Below, one piece after another: positions 55,679 to 64,000 of a stretch of DNA of 64,000 nt (the stretch's first letter is position 1; each line of letters starts with the position of its first letter). This stretch comes from Myxococcales bacterium (GTDB lineage: Bacteria; Myxococcota_A; UBA9042). The notes under the pieces are model-generated. The model saw nothing but the letters and a program-made list of their open reading frames with translations, ran no database searches and was not told the origin of the DNA. The position numbers and the translations under genes were made by a program. The stretch is from the NCBI GenBank assembly GCA_037441385.1, contig JBBISH010000014.1, forward strand, positions 10,850-74,849, read 5' to 3'.

Positions 55679-57371
55679 GTGGCAACCTGGCTCGCCGCCC
55701 TGTGCCTTTGGGTGGCCGCGCCCTTGCCCGCTTTCGCCAGCGAGTTCGGCGTAGACGCGGCCAACACGGTCGTGCGTTCGGGCGTGATTGTCCGCATTCA
55801 AGAGGGCGAATTCGTCATCGACTTGGGCGGCGCAGACGGCTTGAGCGTGGGCGATCCGGCGCGCATGTTCCGAACCATCAAGGTCAAACACCCCGTGAGC
55901 GGCCGCGAAGTGATCGACCGGTTCTTGCTGGGTGAATGCTCCGTGCTGGAGCTGGCGCCGCACATGGCGATTCTGCGCCCCGACAAACCGTGGATGGCGC
56001 TGCTGCAGCTGGGCGACCGAGTCGATGTGCAGACCCGCAAGCCGGCAGAGAAATCCGAGGCGCAGCCGGCCAAGAAGCCCGCCGCCGAGGCCCCGCTACG
56101 CTGCGCGCCCAGCCTGCCCGGCGTGCCCCGCCTGCCCGGCTAGCGGCGGCGGCAAAGCTTGCGAAGAACTCTCGGCCGACATGGCCGCGGCCTATTCCGC
56201 GTTCTTCTTGGCGATGGGCAAGTCGCCTGCCGAGCGCATCACCATCTGGCGCCGCTTCCTCCAGCGCTTCCCGGACACGACGATCCGCGAGGCCGTCGAG
56301 CACGAAGTCGCCGTCATGACGCAGTGGATGGAGCAGCTGCAGGTCAGCGGCAGCCACGACGCCGAACGCCGCAAAGCGGAGGCGCTCGCTCGCAAAATGG
56401 CGCACTCCACGGTCAGCGCGATTCGCCAAGGCGAGCAGCTGTGGCTGGTGTTTTCGCTCCGCGATTGGGGAGAAGTGACCGATTTGCGCATCCATTGGCG
56501 CAAGACCGGCACGGTGCGCTATGACCTGGCCCGCCCCGAGCCTAGCGGTCCTCAGCACCGGCGCTGGCTGGTGCCCACGACTGCTACTGTCCCGCAAGGC
56601 GTGGAGTATTTTGTGGTCGCAAGCTATGCCGCGGGCCACGAGGTCGCCGTGGCCGGCACGCCCGAGACGCCGATCGTGGTGCCCGTGGACGAGCCACTGG
56701 GAATGCGCGACAAGGGGCCTCCGCCGCGCTCGACCTTGCGCCTGGCCGCGGAACACGTGGACTTCAATCGGTATCGCGGCGACGACGCAGTGGTCGAGGC
56801 GCACGCGGACATGACCTACCACCTGTCGAACCCCGCGCCTCTGTACGCACTGACCATGGGCTACGGCGTCTACGCCGGTCGCGGCGGCTCGGTCGCGGAG
56901 GCCGACAACCTGCTGAGCGGCGTGCGCAAAGACGACACGCTCAATCCCACCTCGGCGGCGTTCAAGTTTGCCTACTTGGGCGGCGAGTGGCAGATGCACG
57001 AGTCGTTTTATGCACTTACTCAGATCGTGATCGGTTTGGACGGCGGCGGCATCAATTCGGGTCTGGACCTGGCATTGCGCGTTGGCAAGGATACGTCGAC
57101 CAACTTGCTGCTCGGCTTCTCCACGTTGGGCGATTTGGGCCGCGCCGGTCAAATCGCCTTGACTGGGCGGATCGACCCGCGCTTGGCCATGGCCGGTCAC
57201 TTGGAAGTCACCAACCGTCCGGTCCGCAGCGACCTAGCCGTACGGCTCATTTACGAAGTGCTTTGGCGGGCTTCGGACCTCGTCGAGCTGTCTGCGCGGC
57301 TGGGCTACAACCTGCGCACCATCAACCACGCCGGCATGAGCGCAGGCGGCAGCCTGATCTTCCACTGGTGA
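55679..57371 (+). pseudogene. Frameshifted gene for a secreted / outer-membrane protein (ORFs ending 56143 and 57371)
   Basis: Signal peptide and FlgT-C-like VIDLGGADGLSVGD domain in one frame; CPACPACPA linker, Ig-like domain and beta-barrel ending SLIFHW in the next frame. Removing one C at 56108-56110 joins them. Confidence 0.65.
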
Positions 57372-57374
57372 TCC

Positions 57375-58529
57375 ATGCGAGCAACTCACCGCACCGTGGC
57401 CAAAGCAGGTTTGTTGACCCTTGCCCAACCGCGCGAGGCCAGGACCGGCGCACTCCGCCGCTGGCGCCAGCTCTTGTTGGCCGTCGCGACCCTTCTGGCC
57501 GCGTTCTGGGCCGGGCCGGCGCAAGCGAGCGATGCGTCGTCGGTGCTGCTGCACATCCCCCCGTCCGAGGCCAAAGCCGGCGAACGCATCTTGCTGCGCT
57601 TCGTCGTGACCGAGGCCGCCGCCATCAAGCAGGCCACCGTGGTGTGGTGCAGTCTGCTGGAGGGCAAGTGGCACGAGGCGCCCGTCTTGCTGCTGACCAC
57701 TGGCAAGTGGGAAGCCGAGATCCCGGGCGAAGCCGTAGACGACCCAGGGATCGCCTACTACGTGACGGCGGTGGGCGTGGCAGGCGACGTAAGCGCGGTA
57801 TTTGCTTCGCAAGACCAGCCGCACCCCGTGTTGGTGCGCGGCGCGCCCGCGACGGTGCTCGAGCGCGAACACCTGGCGTGGCGCGACGGCCGCCGATCCG
57901 ACCTGCAGCTCAGCGCCGCCTACTACGACTACCAAATCCGCAACCTTAGCCCGGACAAGGGTGTCAACAGCGGACCGCGCTACTACGAAGCCTCGCTGCG
58001 GTATCGCTACTGGGTCCTGAACAAGGTCGAGTACTTCGAGTTGGGCGTGTCGAGCCTGGCCGGCACGGGCGACGACCCGTTGAACGCCGCCAACAAGGCG
58101 GGGGTCGAGACAGGGTTTCGCCACGGCTGGGCGCAAATTGGCATTCGGCCCGCGGAGTTCGTGGGTCTGGGCACCCGCTTGGCGATTGGCGCGGACGAGT
58201 CGGGCTTTCGCATGGGCATCGCCGGCATCGTGCGCGTGGGTTCGCCGCTGTCGACGCACTTTGTGATCGATACCGGCGTAACTGGGGGCGTGGGCTGGCA
58301 CTTCCTGGCTGGCCTGAACTTGGCCACCGTGCCGCGCGTGCCCGTGGCCTTTGAGGCGGTGCTGACGAACACTCCAGATGCAAGCCGCCGGACCGGCGAG
58401 ATGGTTCGCCTGCGCGTGGGCCGGCAGTTCACGCCGTTGCTGCGCCTGAACCTGCTGGGCAGCTACCAAGCGCGCGAGGGACCGGACCACGGCCTGGGGG
58501 GCGGCGCCGAGCTGTTGTTGCGGTTCTAG
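57375..58529 (+). CDS. Outer-membrane beta-barrel protein with N-terminal Ig-like domain
   Basis: Signal peptide AQA; HIPP...WEAEIPG...GIAYYVTA; amphipathic strands ending AELLLRF. Confidence 0.7.
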   Translation: MRATHRTVAKAGLLTLAQPREARTGALRRWRQLLLAVATLLAAFWAGPAQASDASSVLLHIPPSEAKAGERILLRFVVTEAAAIKQATVVWCSLLEGKWHEAPVLLLTTGKWEAEIPGEAVDDPGIAYYVTAVGVAGDVSAVFASQDQPHPVLVRGAPATVLEREHLAWRDGRRSDLQLSAAYYDYQIRNLSPDKGVNSGPRYYEASLRYRYWVLNKVEYFELGVSSLAGTGDDPLNAANKAGVETGFRHGWAQIGIRPAEFVGLGTRLAIGADESGFRMGIAGIVRVGSPLSTHFVIDTGVTGGVGWHFLAGLNLATVPRVPVAFEAVLTNTPDASRRTGEMVRLRVGRQFTPLLRLNLLGSYQAREGPDHGLGGGAELLLRF

Positions 58530-58729
58530 AGCCGCCGGCAATTACTGGATATTCGTGCGATCGTCGGCCCTACCGGTCGCGTCTCTGGCCCCAAGTAGGG
58601 CGCAAGCGAAGCCTGCAGCAACTCGCCGCGCCGGGCTCGACGGTGCGGATGCGCGGAGAAAGTCCCAGTCGATCCGCCCTCTAGCCAGGCCTCGCCCACG
58701 GAGTCGAGTGGGTCAGCGGCCGCAGGCGC

Positions 58730-60448
58730 CTACCAGGCGCCCAGACGCACGGCGACCCGGTACTGGTCCATGCCGACCTGTGACGTAGAAAACGCCAGCA
58801 CCCACTTGCCGTTGTCCCACCCGGCTAGGGCCGGGAGGTAGCGGGCCCCCGCCTCGCCAGGAAGTTGCGGCCCGCCCAGGTCGGTGGCCTCGCAATCCCA
58901 TGCGTCGACCGCGCGATAGTGGCGCCGCGCCCACAGCGAGGGATTCGGCTTGCCCAAGTTGTGCCAGACCGCCATCGCGCGCTGGGCCGACAGGGTGGTG
59001 ACCGCGGCCGCGCCGGGGTAGGTGCCCTCGCTGTCAAAGTCCAGATCGCCTGGGGCGCCGGCAGGCAGCGTACCGCCAGAAGATACCGGCAAATTGCTGC
59101 CAATCAGCCGCCCGCGAACCGTGACGGCCGACGTGGAGGTCGGGTTGTCGCCGGCCTTGTAGGTCAGCAGGGTTTCTCCGCTCAGGTAGCCCGCCACGGC
59201 CGGCAGCGCTTCGTAGTCTTGGGCACCGGGCGTCAAGGTCAGGACCGCGCCCAACGCGTTGCCTTGCTCGCCAAACGCCCGGGCTCGCACGATCCGCGGC
59301 CCTTTGCCGCCGACAACCGGCCCTTCCCACGCCAACAGCGCCTGGCCGCCCGCCAACGCCGCGATCGCCGGCGAGAACGACGCGCCACCCGCAGCCAGCC
59401 CGCCGGTGTCCAGCTCGCCGCCCAACGGTTGGCCAAAGGCATCGAACAAGCGCGCGTAGATCCCCAGCGGCCCACCCCCTGCCGTCGCTGTGGCTTTGGC
59501 CGCGCCGGACCAGGCCATGAGCAGCCGCCCATTGCGCAAACGCACGACCAGCGGCGCGATGATGTTGGTGCCGCCGCTGCTGCCGGCGCTGCCCAGGGTA
59601 GTCGCGTTGACCTGGAATGGATCCTCCAGGTTGGCGGTTCCGTCTGCAGCGACCCGGCGCGCCAAGAAGCGGAGTTCGTCGCTGCTTGGGTCGTCCGCGC
59701 GCCACAAGACCAGCCAACTTCCATCGGCCATCGCCGCGACAGAGGGCGCCAAGTTGGCCGCAGCGTCGGTGGCACTGACCGCCAGGGACACGCCGCCTGC
59801 CGCGGTACCTGCGGCAAATAAGCGCAACCACACGGTTTGTTTGCCTTCGAAGTAGCTACCGGCCGACCAGGCCACGGCAAACGCCCCGTCGCTGCGAGTC
59901 GCCACCGCTGCCCAGGACTGATTGGCCGGGGCCGCAGGTTCTGCCCAAAATCCCACACTGGGGACGCAAGTTCCTGGTCCTGTACAGGTTTCTCCAGAGG
60001 CACAGGGATTGCCAGCACAGCCGGTCACCGGCGCACCGTCGGGCACGACGCAACCGGCCCCGGGCAGCAAGACGCCGCCGGGCTCGCCCGGGCCAACGCT
60101 CACTGGCACACCACCGCCGTCGCCCTCGGCATCGGCCGGGGCGGCATCTGCAGCGGCATCGCCGTCGGCCACAGACGAATCTGTAGCAGTTGCATCGGCT
60201 TGGACGTCCTGTCCTTGGCCAGCCGCAGAGTCGACCTCCCCATCCGGGACCGTGGTGTCGGGGACAGCCGGCGCGTCGCCGCTGGCGTCGGCATCACCTG
60301 CAACTACAGGCACATCCGCGCCCGCGTCCGGCACCTGTGCGGCCGCGTCGGCGGGTGCGCGCACCCCTGGACTGGAGCACCCCAAACCGAGCGCCGCGAC
60401 CAGCCACCACCACTTTGTGCTTGCGCCGTCCAATTCCGTCTGCCCCAC
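58730..60448 (-). CDS. Secreted lipoprotein with A/D-rich tether, Cys-rich knot and beta-propeller-like repeats
   Basis: LGLGC lipobox; repeated P.VA.L.DG.F.V.W and ARLFDA.G blades. Confidence 0.75.
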   Translation of the reverse strand: MGQTELDGASTKWWWLVAALGLGCSSPGVRAPADAAAQVPDAGADVPVVAGDADASGDAPAVPDTTVPDGEVDSAAGQGQDVQADATATDSSVADGDAAADAAPADAEGDGGGVPVSVGPGEPGGVLLPGAGCVVPDGAPVTGCAGNPCASGETCTGPGTCVPSVGFWAEPAAPANQSWAAVATRSDGAFAVAWSAGSYFEGKQTVWLRLFAAGTAAGGVSLAVSATDAAANLAPSVAAMADGSWLVLWRADDPSSDELRFLARRVAADGTANLEDPFQVNATTLGSAGSSGGTNIIAPLVVRLRNGRLLMAWSGAAKATATAGGGPLGIYARLFDAFGQPLGGELDTGGLAAGGASFSPAIAALAGGQALLAWEGPVVGGKGPRIVRARAFGEQGNALGAVLTLTPGAQDYEALPAVAGYLSGETLLTYKAGDNPTSTSAVTVRGRLIGSNLPVSSGGTLPAGAPGDLDFDSEGTYPGAAAVTTLSAQRAMAVWHNLGKPNPSLWARRHYRAVDAWDCEATDLGGPQLPGEAGARYLPALAGWDNGKWVLAFSTSQVGMDQYRVAVRLGAW

Positions 60449-60451
60449 GCC

Positions 60452-60893
60452 CTACGCCGTCACCCGACCTTGCTTGTCTTTGGACTCTTGGCGGTCATAG
60501 GCCTGCCCCGGCCGCTCGCCGGCAAAGGTCTTGCCGATCTTGTTGTTGCGGATGATGGTGCCGATCCAATCGACCTCGGGTTTGCCTTTGGCCGCGTTGA
60601 ACCAGTTCGACACCAACCCGTACTGCCCGGAGTTGCGGCTGGTATGGCCCTCGATCAGGTTGTTGTTCGAGGCATTGGACATGCGGATCACGTCGCCACC
60701 TACGTCGTCAAAGGTGTTGCCGCGCATCACGTTGCCGCTGGACCCGTCGCGGGCCTAGATGGCGTGGAACAGGTGGTTCGCATCGCCTTCGCGGGTGGTG
60801 GCGTGGCCAGCCTTGTCCTGTCCGTGGTAGGTGGTCTTGCCGTTGGTGAGGCTTTGCGCGACGTTTGCCCACAGATTCGGGTTTCTGATCGGT
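60452..60893 (-). pseudogene. Remnant of a right-handed parallel beta-helix protein with an in-frame stop
   Basis: ...HLFHAI*ARDGSSGNVMRGNTFDDVGGDVIRMSNASNNNLIEGHT...; TAG at 60755-60757; no N-terminus or signal peptide. Confidence 0.55.
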
Positions 60894-60896
60894 GCT

Positions 60897-62288
60897 CTAA
60901 CCCTGAGTGGCGCAGGCGGCAAGCTCGGTGGGGCACGTGGCCATCATGCACTCTTGGGCGCAAGTGGCCGTGCCGCCAGCGCACTTGGCGTTGCACGTCT
61001 CGCCGCACATGGCGAACTTCCAAGCCGACTCGGCGCCGGTCGAGCTGGCAGCCTTGAGGCAACCGAACGTGCAGGCGGTGTCGTCCTTGGTGCACTTTTG
61101 CATGCAAGTCACCGTGGTGGAGCAATTCTTGGTGCCCGACGGCGCCACGCACTTGAGCAGGTTGGGCCCGCAGGTCGCTTCCGCACCCTTGTTGCCAAAG
61201 CAGCTGGCTGCGGACCAGAGGTCGGCCGCGGCCGCGGCGGTCATGACGTGAGCGCACTTGAACACGCATTGCGGACCGTCGACTGCGCCCGGGGCCTTTT
61301 GGCACGCGTCAACGCAGCCCAGGCCGGTGTAGCAATCGCCCGTGCCGGTGGGGTTGGCGCAGGCCAAGAACTTAGCGCCGCACTCGGGCGAAACCGGTTC
61401 TTGGCCAAAGCACGACATCATCGCCATGAACGCGTCTTGCCCGGCCTTGGTGACCTTGCTGAGGCAGGCGGCGCTGCACGCGATCGACTGCATGTCGCCG
61501 CCGCCGGCTTTTTGGCAACCCATGACGCAGTCAAAGCCCTCGAAGCACTCTTGCGTGCCCGTCTTGCCACCGCTGAAGCACTGCAGCAAGGCGCCCGCGC
61601 ACTGCTTGTCGGCAGTCTTGGGGTCGGCGCCGACAAAGCACTTGGCCAAGGCGTCGCCTAGTTTGCGGCCAGCGTCGTCTACGTCGGCGTAGCAGGCGGC
61701 CAGGCAGCTGAACGGCGTGCCCGAGCCCAGCGAGCACTTGTCCATGCAGGCCGGCATCGAGTCGCAGCCCTTGGTGCCGGGCTTGCCGTTGTCGATGCAG
61801 GCGAACAGCTCGGGCATGCAGCGCACTTTCAGGCAGTTGTCTTTGCAGGTGGTCTCGGTCGAGTCCTTGCACATGTCGGCGACGCATTTGTCGTTGTAGC
61901 ACGACAGCAGGGGCAGGGCCTTGGCGATCGCCGTCGAGTCCGATGCCGCAAGGCAGGCCTGCTCGCAGCCTTTTTCGCCGTTCTTGCACGACACCGAGAT
62001 GCAGTCGCCCACAGCGGCACAGGTGCCGTACTTGGGTCCAACGGTATCGCCGACTTGGGTGTCCTTGATGGCCGTGTCGCCCCCGGCGCTGTCGCCGGCG
62101 AGGGTGTCGGTCACGGCGATGTCGCCACCCATGGCGTCGCTGATGCTGGTGTCCTGGGACACGTCGATGGCGGCCTTGGTAGTGGTGGTGGGCTCGGTGC
62201 AGGCGGCCAAGCTGGCGGCGAGCACGGCGGCCACGGCCAAGTTCCAGCGCGACAAAGACGACGCAATACACGGCAATGATGCGGACAT
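60897..62288 (-). CDS. Cys-rich repeat lipoprotein
   Basis: GGAGG RBS; LAAC lipobox; D/T-rich tether; five helical repeats with 48 Cys counted. Confidence 0.8.
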   Translation of the reverse strand: MSASLPCIASSLSRWNLAVAAVLAASLAACTEPTTTTKAAIDVSQDTSISDAMGGDIAVTDTLAGDSAGGDTAIKDTQVGDTVGPKYGTCAAVGDCISVSCKNGEKGCEQACLAASDSTAIAKALPLLSCYNDKCVADMCKDSTETTCKDNCLKVRCMPELFACIDNGKPGTKGCDSMPACMDKCSLGSGTPFSCLAACYADVDDAGRKLGDALAKCFVGADPKTADKQCAGALLQCFSGGKTGTQECFEGFDCVMGCQKAGGGDMQSIACSAACLSKVTKAGQDAFMAMMSCFGQEPVSPECGAKFLACANPTGTGDCYTGLGCVDACQKAPGAVDGPQCVFKCAHVMTAAAAADLWSAASCFGNKGAEATCGPNLLKCVAPSGTKNCSTTVTCMQKCTKDDTACTFGCLKAASSTGAESAWKFAMCGETCNAKCAGGTATCAQECMMATCPTELAACATQG

Positions 62289-62500
62289 GAGACCTCCCAG
62301 GGCGAATGCGGTGGCGCCCGTTGCGACGGGCGTGGGGCGTAGGCTGCACAGCAGCTGCTGGGCACCATGCTAGCGGCTCCCGCGCGTGTTCGCCAAATTT
62401 CCCGCCAAAGCGCCGACATCGCTGCGACTTGGGTAGCCTCGCGCGCCACCGATGCGCTACGCTGCCAGCAGCGCGGCCATGCGAGCCGCCCGGATGGCCC

Positions 62501-63799
62501 GTGCACCAACGCAGCTGCTTCGCGATGACTTTCCTGGTTTTGCTGGGTTGCGGTACCCCTACCGCGACGGGCGGCGGCGGCGCGACGGTCCAAGTCCAAG
62601 ATGCCACCGCGGACGCCGATCTGGGCGATGCGAGCGACGGCAGTAGCGCGAACGATACCGACAGCGGGCCGGCGGTGGATGCGACCGCGACCAGCCTGCA
62701 AACGCTGCCGCCGCAGCGGCGCGCGGACCTAGATGCCTTTGCGCACAAGAAGTTGGGCTCTGCGCATGTGCCGAGCTGCGCAGCGGGCATCGTCAAGAAC
62801 GGCCACCTGGCCTGGCAGGGCGCCTGGGGCTACGCCAATGTGGCGCAAGAGCAACTGGCGACCGCCGACCACTTGTACATGCTGGCGTCGATTTCCAAGA
62901 CCGCGACGGCGGTGGGCGTGATGCGGGCGGTGCAAGAGGGGCTGGCGGCCCTGGACGACGACGTCAACGCCTGGCTGCCGTTTGCGGTGCATCACCCCAA
63001 ATACCCCAATGTTCCCATCACGTTGCGGTTGCTGCTGACCCACTTCTCTGGCATCGCCGACAATTGGGACGTGATGGATACGACCTACGTGGAAGGCGAT
63101 TCGCCGGTGGCGCTGAGCGATTTCTTGCACGACTACCTGGCCAGCGACGGCAAGTACTACGACGCCAGCGCGAATTTCGGCACCAAGAAGCCGGGGACCA
63201 CGTATGATTACTCGGATATTGGCATGTCGCTGGCGGCCTACGCGGTCGAGGTCAAGACCAAGGTGCCCTTTGACCAGTGGTGCGCCGACAAAGTATTCGC
63301 ACCGCTGGGTATGACGCAGACCGCCTTTCGCCTCAAGGGCTTGAACACGGCGATGGTCGCCCTGCCCTATGCCTGGACCAAGGCCGGGGGCTACAAGTCC
63401 TATGGCCTGTACGGCTATCCAGACTATCCCGACGGCGCGCTGCGCAGCTCGGTGCCGCAGATGGCACGATTTTTGCTCATGTTCATGAACGGCGGCACGT
63501 GGAACGGCGCGCAGATCCTGGCGCCCGCCACGGTGGCCGAGATGAAAAAAGTCCAGTATCCCGACCTGGACGACGCCCAATTGCTGGCGTGGTACATGGA
63601 CGTGCGCGACGACGGCGCTACCTACATCGGCCACAACGGCGGCGATCGCGGGATCTTCACCGAGATGTTCTATCGGCCGAGCGACGGCGTGGGCGTGCTG
63701 CTGTTCTGCAACGGCGACGTGGAACAGGGGACAGCGGCGGAGACGGCGATCCTGGCTCTGGAGGCGCGGTTGTTCGTAGAGGCAGGGTCCCTGCAGTAG
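62501..63799 (+). CDS. Serine hydrolase (class C beta-lactamase / PBP-like) lipoprotein; start 62501 or 62525
   Basis: LLGC lipobox; ASISK (SxxK), LLTHFSG, YDYSD, GHNGG. Confidence 0.88.
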   Translation: MHQRSCFAMTFLVLLGCGTPTATGGGGATVQVQDATADADLGDASDGSSANDTDSGPAVDATATSLQTLPPQRRADLDAFAHKKLGSAHVPSCAAGIVKNGHLAWQGAWGYANVAQEQLATADHLYMLASISKTATAVGVMRAVQEGLAALDDDVNAWLPFAVHHPKYPNVPITLRLLLTHFSGIADNWDVMDTTYVEGDSPVALSDFLHDYLASDGKYYDASANFGTKKPGTTYDYSDIGMSLAAYAVEVKTKVPFDQWCADKVFAPLGMTQTAFRLKGLNTAMVALPYAWTKAGGYKSYGLYGYPDYPDGALRSSVPQMARFLLMFMNGGTWNGAQILAPATVAEMKKVQYPDLDDAQLLAWYMDVRDDGATYIGHNGGDRGIFTEMFYRPSDGVGVLLFCNGDVEQGTAAETAILALEARLFVEAGSLQ

Positions 63800-63831
63800 G
63801 TCTGGCTCCGGCGCGCGGCTGGGCTTTCGGA

Positions 63832-63855
63832 CAGAAGATGGGGGGCAAGTTCTGA
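63832..63855 (+). repeat. Motif B copy
   Basis: CAGAAGATGGGGGGCAAGTTCTGA, about 40 nt after the stop codon at 63799. Confidence 0.55.
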
Positions 63856-64000
63856 TACGAACCCCGTCTGATGCGAACCCCGTCTGATTCACGCCTGTAC
63901 GGCTTCTCTGACCCGGTCTGCAACCGGCGAGAATCAGGCGGGGACCCCGGTTCGAGCCCGAAGAATTGCCCGAGTTTTCGATCCGATTCGGACGGAACTG
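63856..64000. mobile_element. Family A MITE with duplicated terminus (runs off the window)
   Basis: TGA|TACGAACCCCGTCTGA TGCGAACCCCGTCTGA TTCACG...GGACGGAACTG; reverse complement of 6276-6407. Confidence 0.78.

Noticed and set aside
62501..63799. Antibiotic-resistance beta-lactamase
   Set aside because: The motifs (SISK, YSD, HNG) fit the broad serine hydrolase/esterase family, not AmpC specifically.

Overview
64 kb of high-GC bacterial chromosome. The gene content (many lipoproteins with Ala/Asp/Thr-rich tethers, a Ser/Thr kinase, TPR-CHAT proteases, Cys-rich secreted proteins) suggests a Myxococcota/deltaproteobacterial-type organism; this is an inference. Housekeeping-type genes are sbcDC, an Fpg/Nei glycosylase, a CoA-substrate activase, two MFS transporters, a stand-alone EF-G, MaoC, GST and a serine hydrolase. 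Four things stand out. (1) Two paralogous secreted fibre-like proteins (3471-5687 and 28478-30328) share an N-terminal domain, a variable 9-aa repeat stalk and a P-domain-like module but carry different C-terminal tips. One tip resembles a complete animal intelectin (X-type lectin) domain, not just a generic fibrinogen motif. (2) An orphan T4-gp19/Afp-type tail-tube gene sits directly upstream of the second fibre gene. (3) A ~14 kb divergent cluster (31622-45441) combines a Cyc2-like cytochrome-porin, mono-, di- and multiheme cytochromes, DUF3570/DUF4266, three glycosyltransferases and a DUF2064-radical SAM/SPASM fusion; the small DUF4266 gene appears precisely inverted. (4) There are several families of small intergenic repeats/MITEs, including a MITE nested in a REP-like hairpin with a 6-bp target duplication. 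No rRNA, tRNA, CRISPR array, transposase or integrase was recognised. All family assignments come from motif recognition by eye; no database searches were run.
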